From: Takakia lepidozioides
Taxonomy: Eukaryota > Plantae > Bryophyta
Length of the DNA stretch: 64,000 nucleotides
NCBI GenBank assembly: GCA_030704615.1
Contig: CM060734.1
Span: 29,326,001-29,390,000 of the forward strand
Direction: 5' to 3'
In this document: positions 36,450 to 49,950 of the stretch, in pieces
Layout: each line of letters opens with the position of its first letter
Position numbering within the stretch: the stretch's first letter is position 1
Position numbers and translations under genes: made by a program
The notes under the pieces: generated by a model
What the model was told of the DNA's origin: nothing
Seen by the model: only the letters and a program-made list of their open reading frames with translations
Database searches by the model: none

Positions 36450-39400
36450 TTATTTTAAGGCGCTGGTGCGCTTTCCCTCTGTGGAAAAAGTCATCCTCTA
36501 CCTTGGGCTTTGACACAAAGGCTCATTGTAGCCGAGTTTTTAGGACAGAGTACTTTCTCTCCTCCCTTGTCTCTCGAGGTCTCCGCCTCTAGCTCACTGC
36601 TCCCAGGCCCACTTGGCTCTCTCTTGGAGTCCTAAGAACCCTCCCCTCCAAGGCTACGTCCTCCCAAAATCCTAGATTTTATCTACCACTGGCTTAGATA
36701 ATGGCTCCTAACCCTTGGCCTTGAAGTGGGCCAAGAAGAGTGCACTGGGAGGAGCTTGAGAGGCTCCACCCTTGCCCGGGACTTGGAGGAAGTCGGCCGA
36801 ACTAGCTAGTGGAAAATAGAGTCAAGTGGGGGTTTGGTTCTTTGCCATGGGACGCCATGGTACGGAAAGAAATTCCTTGATGTGGGACGCCACAACTTGG
36901 ATGTTAGTTTCTGCAAAATTGATAAGTCGATGAGGACATCGACTCCCTGTTGGTAGGGGTGTGTGTCGTGGCCCTTTGCCTTGAGGGCAGGGGGTCGGGA
37001 TACAAGAGGGGCTGCCCCTGTGGTGGGGGCGGTGGCAACAATAGGTACGGGGGCTGAAACACCCTTGAATGCCCAAGGCACTCAAGGAGGCGGAGGCGCT
37101 CACTAGGTGGAGCCCCACACACCGGGTTGCAGTGGGGGTGGTTCCACGAAGGGTGGTGGTAGCTTAGTGGGTCTTAGTGGGGGTGGCATAGGACTCACCA
37201 TGGGGCGGAGACCTTGTGATGGGAGTCGTGGGGAGTCTTGGGACTCATCACGGTCCAATGGGGCCGTGGTGGGTGGGCCAAGACTCACCGCGACTCATCA
37301 CCGGGAATCGAGGGTTTTCATGGTGGTTCGCCATAAAATGACTGGGTTGCTTGTGAAACCCCCGCGGACAGTCACAGAAGTATATATAGGGAGTAGTAAC
37401 CCCGAGAACGGTGCAAGCCCGTTGGTGACCAAAAACTAGTGAGTAAACGTGCGAGCCGGAAAGCGACCAAGGTATGGGGAGCTGTTCCGGACTGCCAACA
37501 ACCAAAGGGAATTTCCACTAGGCCCAAATTGAGAGAGGCTCTTGTGGAGGAGTGATGGGGGACCGTTATGTCCCGGTAAGCAGCCAAAGCTCCGAGTTGG
37601 CCCGGCGGCCAGTTTGGGAGTTAGGCGCGCGCATCAAAGCGAGTAACTATGACTTGAAGGGGAGCTTACCGAAGTGAGGTGCGCGACACAATTGCTTTGT
37701 TGTGATATTTCATCGCTATACATATTGCTTCCACCAATTGCCAAACTCCTCGCCGTGTGTTCCTAGTGGACTTGAAAGGCGGGAGAAAAGAGAGATCGCA
37801 ATCTGGGACTGGAACAGTCGTCCTGTATTGTTTGTATAGGATTAACTTGTCGTTTCTGGTACCGAATTGGCAACCTAATCTGCTGTCGATGCAGCTTCCT
37901 ACGGTCATCTTGACGCTAGAGTTCCACTCCATGGTCGTCGCAGACACTGTCTAATTTCCTATGTGCTTTACCAACGATTTCCAGACAACTAACAAACTAA
38001 CCTGTTTTGGCAGTACAATGCCGAAACCGCTTGTCTTATGATCAAAAACGATCTGAAAAGAAAAGTGTACCAATATATGCATCTACAGGCCTCCCTCCTA
38101 TGGATCCCGCTCTCTCCCAGCCAACGTAGGACGACTAGACATGCGTCTTCGGCATGCCGGCTGATGCGCAATGCTTCAGCTTGTAGTGCAACATCACGAA
38201 GCTTGTGCTTTCACTGAATTTCAGCCATGCTCCGATGCCATGAAGCAGTGTGAAGTGTTTGACGTCGACAGCGCATGAGCACGCCCTTGGAATGCATAGC
38301 AGTGGTGAAGAAAGAAAATTGCGCTTGCGCGAAGAGAGCAGGAGAGAGGAAAAGACCGACTTGCGAGTATGAGATTTGGAGGGAAGGGCAGACATATACC
38401 CCTATCTCCCGCCATCCTCAGAAGCAAGCAACGGAACGGGGCAACATTGCGAGGCTAGGGAGTGCATGGCGCATCAATGAACTGCAAATTCGTTGAACAC
38501 GAATTATAATTCCAGGTCAGGTGAGGGGAGGCGGGGAAGTACTAGTTTCACTGTCAATTACTCCTGCGAAAGTGAGCCTCATAGCCTACAATGGGTTCCT
38601 CTCAATCGTATATGTCATACATTCCATTGAGATCTCTAAAAAAAAAAAAAAAAAACTTGCAGATTTTTTTTCTATCCACGCTAGGTGCCACAGTGAACAT
38701 AGACATATAACCATTTACACATCCCATGGGTGGTGATGGGAGCTACTCTACTAGTATTCACTGATCAAATGCTACAGTAGGCGTCATGCAATCATATCTG
38801 CCATACATTCCATTGGGGTTTCTTGATAAAATAAAATGAAGTTTGCAACATTTGTGGTATCCATCTGAGTGAATTGGGTTCTGGAATTCAGATAACCACT
38901 TACACATTCAGCCAGTGCCATGGGGGGGTGTTCTAAGAAGGGGAGAGCCCATGAATTAAGCTCATTGTATGACAAAACAACTGAGATAACAGCTGATGGT
39001 GTTCTCTCTAATGTACATATCCCCAATGACCTGCCCCAAGCTAGAACAGCAGTAGGATGACATCAGTGAATAATGATGTGGTGCAAGGCCTGCAACCCCT
39101 GCAGGGCAGCAGCATTATATTGTTGAATGTACTGCACCCTGCTTGAGCCATTCACAGATGGGGGAATCTACAAGTGAGTCACATGGTGTTACATATGGGG
39201 CATGAGAGAAACTGCCCATAAAATGCATCTTTGCAAAGAACCCATTCAACCAGCCAGAGCATCATCTACGCGGATTGCCAACCTCTTTTGGGGGAAAATG
39301 CAAACATGATAAGTAGGGACCAAGCTTAAAGCACTCCACTAGTATTCAATGGTCCATAAACATGTGCCTGGCCAATATAAGAACCACAAAATCACTGGGG

Positions 39401-39899
39401 CAAGTATGTAATGTAAACTGGAAGGCACATGCACTTCGAATTTCATTATGTCAACAATGTACCCAGAGGTGTAATTGATGTGTAAAACTGCATGCCATTC
39501 AAAAGTCTATAGTGAGAGAAATGCCACGTCACGTTGCCAAATAGACACGCCATGTAAGTTGGACACCTCCAACACCCTGCAAAAAGAACACCCCCCAAGG
39601 CCAACCCTTAGTGGCAGTCTTACGAAGCCCACATTATAATTGAATCAACTGAGATTACATATTAAATTTTGCCCAATAGGTCCCTTCACATACTTGACAT
39701 AGAGAAAGGCAGTTGGGGGGAAAAGTCATACCTCATTCCAGGTACTAGTACACGTCCACATCAACCAGCTCATCATCACTGGACTCTGTATCTTCATCGC
39801 AACTGTCCTCCGTGGGACATGGATGTGCTTCCTCAGATCGCATGTCTCTGTAAAGTGAAGCAACCTCTTCCAAGAATGCTATGTTGCTTGTCATGGCTG

Positions 39900-42800
39900 A
39901 CCCTGCTAGCATATTGAGTTGGTACATGACTAATGTAGGCAGGAGCAAGGCTGAAGTCCATCGTTGCATGAAATCCAGGAAGGTTCAGTAAGCAGAACCT
40001 TGACCAGCGAGCGGATGGTGAGATCCAAGTGATCATTCCTTCTCCCTTTTTTTGTTGATTCTTTCATTCGTGGCCTTTACCCTACCAGCAACATGATGTT
40101 CTCATGTTGTTCATGGACTTTTGTGGACCTGGCAGGAGGGGACCTCTGGGTATTCAGCAATTGCTCGCAAAGTGGAGGATATGGAAAGAGCACAGGGTGC
40201 ACAACACGAAGATATAATGGATTTGAAGGCTACAATATCGCATATAATGATGTACCAGAAGGCCATTGCTGAGAAATTTGGGATCAGCATTTCCTCACCT
40301 GCCTTAGTGGGCTCGTCCGCAGCAAAAAGCTCCTGCATCGCTGGCCCTTCAGCCTCAAGATGTCTGGATGACAGGTTTGACTTGCCTGCCATGTCACCAG
40401 GTAACGTCACTCCAGTTGATGCATTCGAGGATGATGTGTAGGTGGAGCATGCTGCCCCGGGTGGAGGGGAGGACACCCCTGCTAAGGAACTTACGCCTCC
40501 TCGTGCAGTTCTGTCACACTGTGCGGTAGTGGAGGCACCTGCAGAACTCCAGCCAGCTGCTGCCGCGGTGGGGACATCTGAGACAACCCTAGACCTTGAC
40601 CTTGTTTCCCCGCAGGCAGATATTACCCAGCAACCCACGGTTGTCACATCCACTCCCAACCTTCATTTCATGCAGGAGAAGGTCGTGAACACAGTAGTGG
40701 AGAAGGGCAAGCATTTGCTCATCCTAGATATTAATGGCTTGCTATGTGAGTGCGTCCATGTCAGGAGCGGTAATGCGTTTGTCGTTCCAAATGGCCTTGT
40801 GCACAAATTATGTGGTAGCAAGATGGTCGTTGTAAGGCCTGGTTGCAAAGCTTTTTTGGACAAGTGTTTTGACACTTTGAAGTGGCAGCATGGTCTTGTA
40901 TGCAACCACGTAACTTCCTACCCACAGTGGAATGGCTTTTCCATGGGCACAATGACCTTGCATTCAAGTGGGATGGGGGATTTAGTGAGCAATCCACTGA
41001 GATGGATGGGAGCCTGCCCATGAAACCATGGTTTTTCAAGAACCTATCTGCTGTGTGGCGGGGCAACTGTCACTGGAATCCCTCAAATACTCTTCTTGTT
41101 GACGACATGCCGCACAAGGGGTTGAACAATCCACCATGCAGCGCAATTTTCCCAATGCCTTGGAGAAGTCATTCTGCAGAGGCGCACAATGATAATTTTC
41201 TGATGACCAGCTTATGGCCCTTCTGGGAGGGGGCAGCTAAGGCTCCGAGCATTCCAGAATATCTCGGAGGGCAACCCACATTTGGGCAACAAGCTATCAG
41301 CCCTCGTGCCATTCAGCCTTGGCAGGTAACATACTTTGTAGTGTGGTACACATTGCCAGAGATTAGACAGATTTTTGTGTCACTCCCTTGTGCCATTTCC
41401 AGCCCCCTTTGTGCTTAAGTTGTGGCATTAATCACTGTTGTGATTGAGTTTGTCAAATTATTGTCGCAATGTGAACTGCAAGCATTGACAATTTGGGTGC
41501 ATCTTATTGTGTTACTGTAAATTGATTTGTCAGTGTAAATAATATACATTTTTGGTGCTTGTTGGTTGGTTGTAGGTGCTTGGCCACGATCGAGGCCCCC
41601 AAGTCAAAGGGCAGCACACCTTCACCCTTTTCAGAAGCCGACACCACTGATCCCTGATTCGCAAAATGGGGTAAGTCTATGCATCTGCTATTCTCCCCTT
41701 CCCGACCTGGATAGTAAAATTGTTATTAGCTCATTGCAGACCATGTAGACATAACACGTTCCAGGATCTGTGTTCCATAATTCTCATGCAATCTGCCATG
41801 TTTGGGGGTGGATGGTAGTTCGTGGTGGGAGACCATGTCAAGCTCATAGACACAGTTTCGCGATCAACAGCCAGATCTGGCCGCATTGCTGGTCTCCAAG
41901 GGATGGAGGTGAGTGAAGGGTACCTTGTCATGCCAGAAGGCCATGTGGCCATCCACATTGATGATGTCCGCATTCCCAATCATATCGTCTATCATATCAC
42001 AACAAATCCATGAAGCCTCATCACACTGGGTTGGGAGACACTGTAGGTTACATTACTGTGTGGAGTGACAAACTAGTAAAGACCTTGCAGACGAAGAGAT
42101 CAGACAGGTCAGTTTTTGCTAGCATTGTGGATTTCATGGGGATTTCCACCTCTGGCTCATCTGGATTTGGCAACTTTGGTAACCTATAGTAGTGACAGAT
42201 TCTCTGAATTGACTGTCCAATTTTGATAGCAATTACATGTTGGATTTCCTCATGCATGTTGTTGCAAACTTATGCCTCGTTAATGAGCAATGTGGTGATA
42301 GGTGGTATGTCCCCTTTGCACACACTATGGTTGGTTATGTTGCTACTAGGAGAATGTGGTTGATAATGGGAGCTTGCTGGATGGTGATGTTGCTCCTTGT
42401 GCTCTTTCAGAATTATGTCGGTGCCACTTTTGTGCCTTTAGTCTTGCTATATACAGGATTGTGATGTTGTATGGCATATCCACGTGTCCGTCCAGAGTTA
42501 TAACCATGAGTACCGAACCCAATATGATATGTGTATCCACATATTACATTCCGACACGTGGCCCCCTAAGGTCCGCGCGCAGTTGGTCCTATGACTCCGT
42601 ATGCAAAACCTCCAGTCAGATGTATGTCTACGAAGCAGCATGTGAGGTTTAGAGGATCGTGCACACAGCACCACCTAGGACTACCACGTCCTCATGGAAT
42701 CCGCTATGCATTGAATATACCATACTGCGCCAGTCGTACGTATGAATGGCAGGAATCCACCGCAACTCAGGAAAGTCCAGCATGTGGGCACACACGAACT

Positions 42801-43271
42801 CAGCACGTGGACGTGCCACGTGGTGTCCCCAGATTCCCCCCCATACAGAGATACGTGTGACTGCAAAGCCCCATCCCCCACAACGACACGTGGCAATGAC
42901 CTGTCGCACCACATGTTACAATCACGACGCGACAAGTGTTGTCGTTTGATTCCCTCCTCCGCAGTCATAGTTCACAGTCAGGGATGGCGTCGTAGTCTAA
43001 CACGTGGCATGTTCTGTAGCCAGCACGTGTCTCTCTTACACCGCGGCTGACATGGACTACACTGTCCGTTCAGTCATTCAGTAAAGCCAGCGTGTATGAC
43101 TACCCCCACAGCTGCTTAGGCGCCACGTCACAGCCAGCCTGGAGAGTCATAACTGCCATGTCACAACTTACTCGGCTTCTACTTCTTCAGAGTCAGGAAG
43201 TCGTAAATGGCTTCCATAACTGCATTTGCAGTCATAACACAGAGACGTAAAAGCCGCAATCTGTTGTAGTG
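39900..43271 (+). mobile_element. Right arm of a CACTA element: degenerate ORF2/TnpA-like gene with an embedded FCP1 domain, subterminal repeats and right TIR; left end not found
   Basis: TIR AAAGCCGCAATCTGTTGTAGTG (20/22 to the Pack-CACTA TIR) ends at 43271. Tnp1/En-Spm-like C-terminal block SGRIAG...PEGHVAIHIDDV...LGDTVGYITVWSDKLV at 41822-42085. Confidence 0.8.
40705..41325 (+). pseudogene. FCP1/NIF HAD phosphatase-like domain, frameshifted near 40875
   Basis: KHLLILDINGLL...VRPGCKAFLDKCF, then VAAWS...FFKNLSAVW...SNTLLVDDMPHKGLNNP...LWPF. Confidence 0.85.
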
Positions 43272-44405
43272 TACAGTCGATTCCAGTGGTCGTAAACTTG
43301 GGGGCAGCGACCGATAGGCCGGTTAATGTGGCGCCTATGCCACAGTTTACGGGTCTTCAGGGATCTGACCCTGATCGCCATCTGGTTCAATTTATGATGG
43401 TTTGTATCACTAATAATGCCAGAACAGAAGACTAGTGGCGGACGATGTTTCCCGCTACTTTGCGTGAACTGGCTTTTCAATGGTATGACCATCAGCCCCA
43501 TGGATTGGATGACTTTGAAAACGGCTTTTTAAACTCAATTCCGGCCTTTGGGTTTTACCGATCGCCTGCGTGAACAATTGACTAAGCTTCACATTGTGGA
43601 GGGAGAATCGGTTGATTCTTTTGCGGGACGCCTAGAAGATATTCTTCTGCGATGGAATAACCACAGTACTCCTGATCATATGCAGATGGACCTTTTTCTG
43701 GAAGGATTGATCCCTCAAGAGTTGAAACAATTTGTCAAATAAGGTAACCTGCAAATCTTCAAGGGGCTCTCAATCAAGCTAAGTTGTGGGAACCATCATG
43801 TCACTACTTATATGATTGCACCCATATCTATGTTTGACACTAATACTTGGGCTCCGCAAGCTTCTGTATCTGTGATGCCATCGGCCATAGCACCATCTCA
43901 AACTCAAAATATTGTGGGGATGTACGCCCCTACCTCTTTACAGTACCAATTACCAGCTGGTGTGATAATTGACCCACAGGAAGGACAGATTGATGCGTTG
44001 ACTAAACGGACGGAGGAGCTCTCTGTACAATTGGCCTCCAAGAGAGAAGGCAAGCCGAAGCTCAATAACCAGAGAACCAATATGGTGTGTCACTTGTCAA
44101 GTCCATGGTCATCTTGCCAGTGAGTGTCCATTGACCCCAGCAACAAATTCTCCTAATGGTACCAATGTCAAGTGTGGCTATTGTGGTAAGCCGGGACATG
44201 CAATTTTGCAGTGCTGGCATTTACAATCGGCTATGGGGTTAACTCCGACCAAGAACAACCAAAGGTCAGGATGGGATGTCAACCAGAATGGTTCATCGAC
44301 AGCACCTGCAATGCAGACCACACCTGCACAATGGCCTGAGCAGTTCCTTCAAAATCAGCAGCCCTGGCGACCAACACGCGGACCACAAAGTTGGTATCAA
44401 CCGGC
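43272..44405 (+). mobile_element. gag: Degenerate Gypsy gag fragment, cut by the CACTA on the left and an LTR on the right
   Basis: DPDRHL...FPATLRELAFQWY; EGESVDSFAGRLEDIL; knuckles CVTCQVHGHLASEC and CGYCGKPGHAILQC. Confidence 0.85.
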
Positions 44406-45394
44406 TGTCGCGCAGCTTTTACTCACCCATCCCTTCGCTATCCGAGGCGGAAACTCCAAGATAGAAGAGTTGGAAATCTCTAAGTGCTCAGCCCGCGCAG
44501 AACAATCAGTCATGACCTACAGCTAGTGTATCATGGGGGTGTTTCCTATTTGTTTCCCTTTCCGCATTCATGTTAGCTACCTTACCATTGATAATTAAGT
44601 ATCAGTTTGCTTCATCAATCTATCGGATTCCATCAACTCATCAATTCATTCCACAGCTTCACTCAGATCTCTCTACACAGTGTGATTGTATCGTATAAAT
44701 ATCAGATTATGATTTATCAGGTATCAGGCCGAAGCCATTGTGTCTCTAATCTGCTCTACAATATCACTACAGCTTTGCATATAACAAGCATCTACTAATC
44801 ATCTTTCCTCCTTCACCGTGCTCTCCATCTTTGCTTCCGTTCTTGCTCTCCGCCCGATCCCCTCTCATGCATAACCCAGAAGTGCTCCCAAGAATCATGA
44901 TCCTCTCCCCAAAAATCCCTGTTTCTCCCTTCATCTTCCTACCCTGGCTCTAACCGTTTCCCTCACTAACCGTCGTCCGTGAACTAACATGTTCCATTTG
45001 CAGGTGTTGTTCCCCACAGTCGTTCCCTGTCCTGCTCTCCGTTCCCTATGGTCGTGACAGCTGTGTCAAGCTGTGACTGGCTGTGTGAAACTGTGACGGG
45101 CTGTGACTGGCTGTGCAACTGTGTTTGGCTGTGTCGGGCTGTGACTGGCTGTGTGGCTGTGTCTGCTGTGACGACTGTGACGGGCTGTGTTGGCTGTGTC
45201 GACTGTGACAACTGTGACGGGCTGTGTTGGTTGTGTCGGCTGTGACGACTGTGACGATTGTGACGGCTGTGTAACCCCCCTCTACAGTGCGCTGCTGTCA
45301 CCCCTAAGGCTCCTGTTGGTCTCAGTCTGTGCAAAAATTAAGGGTACCCTGCAGATCCCGTATAAGTGTCTAAGTCCCAGACAGTCCTCTAACA
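44406..45394 (-). repeat. 3' LTR of Gypsy 3 (about 990 bp), with an internal (GCTGTGAC)-type simple repeat at 45050-45272
   Basis: Polypurine tract GAGAGGGGAAGGGGTAA (45411-45395) immediately precedes TGTTAGAG. The probable end GCGCGACA lies where the neighbouring gag breaks off. Confidence 0.7.
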
Positions 45395-45432
45395 TTACCC
45401 CTTCCCCTCTCAAAAAGTCATGTCCTCACGGT

Positions 45433-48400
45433 TTACTGATTGCGATTAGAAAACCTTTGTGAGTGAGCACCTTTCTGACGTTGAGAGTTTCGTGGTGGAC
45501 TGTGTGTACGAGCCCGAGGTCTGTCACTGGTTGACGGAGATGTTTGAACACTTCCTGGATAAGTGAGGCCCTCTGGAGGCTGATATCGAGGTAACCTTTC
45601 AGGCATAGGAGACCCCCGTCGCTTCTTCTCTGCCATCTGAATTGCATAGTCTTCTCCCATGTCAAAAGAATCCGCTGAAGAAACAGTTGTATCAGAATCC
45701 TCATCGCCTCTCAGGTGTTTTAATTTTCGAACTTTTTGTGGAATCCTCTGGGGCATACAATGTTGTCCTACCATGTCTGGAAGTTTATATTTTACAACTT
45801 GCTGTAACCGCTGAACAGCAAAATTGGTGTAGACACTGAGCTCCTTGGCTGTCCAGGTGAGTGGGGTACCAATTACTTGTGCAGCGTGCAAGTATTTCCA
45901 TGCCACATGTCCCTTATAGAAAATATCATCAATGCCGAATTTCTGTGTTGACAAATTGTTCCAGGCCGCTTGAAACCATGAACGAATTTGAGAATCCTTT
46001 TGTATCATAACTTTTGCCTCATATAGGTACATATGAGGTGGCACTGAAGGTAAGACCCAATGATCCCCACTGGAATAACTCAGAAAGCGCGCTTGCATCT
46101 TGTGTTGCTCAATGTGATAACGTACCAGAAAACAAGCAGCGTAATATAACCCGCATCCCATGACAATACTTGCTACCTCCTTGGTCTTGGTATAAATGAG
46201 TCCATGTACAACCTGGAAAACAATTAATTCCCTCAACATGGTACCTGCCTCGTGCCAGTACTGTGCAAAGTGATGATCCTCAATTGGTCGATTGTTTGGA
46301 AGAACTTTAGTCCTAGTTGCCACTGGCAGCCAAATGCGCATGATTTGGTAGTAATGTGCGAATGACTACGGAGGACTAAATTCTTTCCAAGCCAAATCCA
46401 ACATGATGGGAATTTGGTTGAAGGGCATAATCATAGCCCTACTGTACTCTCTTGCAGCTAGAGTTTTAGGTGGGTTAAAAGCAGCATTGCCCCATACCTC
46501 AGGTTGTGGTGGCTGCGGTGTGGTTGTAGTAACAACAGGTTCAGCTACTGGTACAGTGACTTGTTGTGGTGTTGGTGGTATTGGTTCTTGTATCATTGGC
46601 ATTTTCTGCACCTCCTGTGAAGACTGAAAAGTCAAAGTTCTGGCTTGTAAATAAGAAGCCATTAGCTGTTCCTGAGGAATATAGACTCTTTTGTCGATAT
46701 TTGAAGTGAGGTCCTCCACTTGAGTCTGCAGTCCATCTACATCCTCCTGTAACTCTACTATCCTACTATAGACATTGTCTATAGTAGTTGTGGCAATGTT
46801 CTGCACTTGCAGTCTGAGCTAATTCATCTCGCTTTGGGTGAGCTTTCGTGGTGCTTTGCCCTCCATTGGCCCTTGTGCTAACCAGACCTGCATAAGGCTG
46901 TTATCCACCAAGTTGCTTGTGGTTCCCCTGAGAGTGTGCTCCTCTTTGAGTTTGTACACTTCTAACTGCTGTTGTAAAGCCTCCATGCGCTTCGCATGAG
47001 GTTCAACCAAATTTGCATAGGCAGCAAATAAATTATTGGCTTCCTTCCAAGCCTTGTTATTGACCGCGATTTCATTTCTATTGGCCATGATCGTTTGTTG
47101 CAACTCCACGATGTGCTTTTCTTGATCAGCTTCAATCTGCATGTATTGCTTGAAAGTATCCTCATTGCGACAGATTGTATTCTTCATGTCGACAATGAGT
47201 TTCATTTGCTCAACATTCTCTGTTTCTGCCTTCATATTTTTTTCTGCTTGACTGTTTATTTCTTTTGTAGTTTGGTCAAGCATAGTTGTGAGTGTAGCAC
47301 ATTGTATGGCCATCCTGTCATGCACTGTCTGCAACTCCGTATGTAGTGCATTCACTTCTTGCAACTTGATTTCATGCTGTACCTGCATTTGGTATAGCTG
47401 TTGCTTATGTGCTTTGTGCAACTGGTCTTGCGCGAGGCCTGCCTCAATCAATTGTTCTTTGGCCAATTGCAAAGCCGCTTCTGTATTCTCCAAGTCTTGC
47501 TGCATCTTGAGAGTGATCTCTTCATCGACCTTGTTTGCACACTCAGTGGCTAGTCGAGCTTCAAACTCCTTCCTGAGTTCCTCTCTCAAGGCTGTCAATT
47601 GGATAGTTGGAACATGGGATTTGACATAATTCCCCAACAAATTAAGTGTCCTGCCTATGGAACTCATCAGCATTGCCTGTTGAGGGTCATCATGGTGAGG
47701 TTGCTGCTGTTCCTCCTGATCCTCAACCGTGTGATGTCTCACAAACCACTCAGGCCATTGTCCCACCGGATTTTCTTCCTGAACCACTTCTTCTATCACC
47801 GGTGCTACAGTATCATGACCTTCTGCCTGTGGTACCTCCGACACAGGTGTGTGTATTATATGCACCTCAGGATTTCCCTTGGGCAACTGTTGCACCTCTG
47901 GAATCCTTCCATTGCAGTGGTTTCTGGCTCAAACACTCCCATCTCCTTTCTTTCTTGCGCATCAAGTATGCCAGAATCAAGAATTATTTGAGCAATGATT
48001 GGGCCAGACACTATGATAGGAGACTTTGCGGTAGTACCTTGTAATCTTTTCATCTCCTCTACCAGTGCGTTGTACATTATGTCCGCCCATTCTACCTCTT
48101 GTCCTTTCAAAGCTTTGAGTATTTCCTCCGTGAAGGATCTGCTCAAATACTGTTGGTTCTGTTTCATGGCAATCAAAACGTTCAACACCTGGCCTACCTC
48201 CTTTAGCCCTGGGTACACGACCTTGGTACAAGCATAACCCTGAGTTTTAAAGAAATTCCCTTCTTGGAATAAGTCCCCTATTTGCGGTCTTGTCCTGTGT
48301 TCCTCCACATGCACCTGACCTGCTGGCAATCGAAACAATTGCTGGAGGTATAGGGGAGTAATCACTAATTCAACTCCCTTCACCGTTGTTGTTCCTGTCC

Positions 48401-48650
48401 TTGGCTCAAAGTTCTGCAAAAATTGTAACATGTACTGTCTATGGTGTAATGTCCAATCTATGCTTTGCAATCCTTGCAATCTCAGCTCCTCCAGTATCTG
48501 TATCGCTTGTGGGGTAGCAATTGTTTGTTTCTGCAGAATTGTGGTGCTCTTCACCCTGATTTCCTCCATTCCTCTCACTCTCTTCATTTTAGACCCACAG
48601 AAATGTTTTGGCTGTAACAACCGCAAAAATGCCTGTAGTGCGCAAAGCAT
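45433..48650 (-). pseudogene. Extra ORF downstream of pol (plant-mobile-domain-like N-terminus, long coiled coil, unknown C-terminal domain), broken by stops and a frameshift
   Basis: Consecutive ORFs of 264, 358, 146 and 302 aa. LQFLQNF...TVKGVELVIT..LQQLFRLP...VEWADIMYNALVEEM, followed by a Q/E/K heptad-rich segment. Confidence 0.65.
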
Positions 48651-49734
48651 AAACGTATGGTTGCCACAAAAAGTGCAGAAACTTCATCACATCGCAGTGT
48701 CCTGTGTTGAGCCGGCGGAGAAGGTAAGCATGTGTTTATTCTTGTTTTGTGACTTCTCGCGATTCTTATATTGGAGCTCTTGTCTGACCGATGTGAGGTG
48801 GCTGCAGACGAGGTGGCTGCGAATCTGGAACGGCCATACAAACACGAAGCTGCTGTACCACTTTCCCATCGAGCCAACAGACGACAAAATGAACGACTGG
48901 CTCAATGTCATGACTTGGTGGCATCAGGTATAATTTTCTCATATTCTGTGTTGGACATCGTCGCAATTTCAAAATCATGAATGTTTTGGAAACCTGCCAT
49001 GATGCAGGTACTGACCCACGCCCAGGAGCAATTGGACTGCAACACCACCACTTTCAAGTTACAGATCGACTGGACGAAGCCTGAGACAATGGAGAACTAC
49101 GTGCAGTCGTGGCGAGGGCGCTTCGCAAACCTCTTTTTCAGAGTAATTTCTTGTAAGCCTGCGGGGCTTGCAAGCATCGCTCAAGAGAAAAGCTCCGCTC
49201 TGTTCTTTCGTGTCTATGCCACTGCGTAAGTAATATTGCGAGCGTATAGTCTGTTAGTTCCTCCATAGTTTCCAAGCTATAGCATTGATGGTCTGTTCCG
49301 TCGAGACGCCCGTTACTCAGAACGACGCCGCCTCTTGCGCTTAATTTCCCTCCAATTTCTTGATCCTTTCTCTGGCTTTCTATTGGCTGTAACCGATGTG
49401 ACGTGATTTTAGATTTCATTTTCTTTAGTGGACTTTCCTTGCTGGATAGTCCACTAGGATCACACATGTGACAAGAATTTCGCTTTTCTGTACTTGCCGT
49501 TCGTTCCGTTCCCCTTTTTCCGTATCCATTAATGGGCCCGCCTTTCATCCATTTTGACGGCCGTTCTTGTCCTCTTTCTTTATGACACCTGTTCTTGCAC
49601 TTCCTTCTCAGCTGTGTGTCGCGCCCTGACTTCCACGTGTCTATTTTTAAACGGGTTTCCGTCTTTTCTTCCGTCAGCCATTTTCCTGAAGTTATTGTGC
49701 GTCCACCTGTCACTGATTCTATGGATCGTGTAAC

Positions 49735-49950
49735 CCTAGTAGGCTGTGTTGAGCTGTGACAGGCTGTGTCATACTGTGGTACACTGTGATAGGCTGTGAT
49801 GCACTGTGGTAAGCTGTGATAGGCTGTGACACGCGTTGGTAGGTTGTGATAGGCTGTGTTGTGCCGTGCTGGGCTGTGATAGGCTGTGTCACGTCGTGAT
49901 GGGCTGTGATAGGCTGTGTTTCGCCTTGATGGGCTGTGATAGGCTGTGCT
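49735..49950. repeat. 30-bp tandem repeat, about 7 copies, in the integrase C-terminal extension
   Basis: gctgtgataggctgtg recurs every 30 bp and encodes TAYHSPSRRN-like units. Confidence 0.9.

Noticed and set aside
36450-37640. Possible solo LTR or other repeat with a TATA-like sequence
   Set aside because: No termini, TSD or second copy could be identified.
37666-38496. Short minus-strand ORFs with splice-like signals
   Set aside because: No recognisable protein motif and no consistent exon chain.
38500-39900. Left TIR for the CACTA ending at 43271
   Set aside because: No CACTACAAC preceded by the expected TAC TSD was found by eye.
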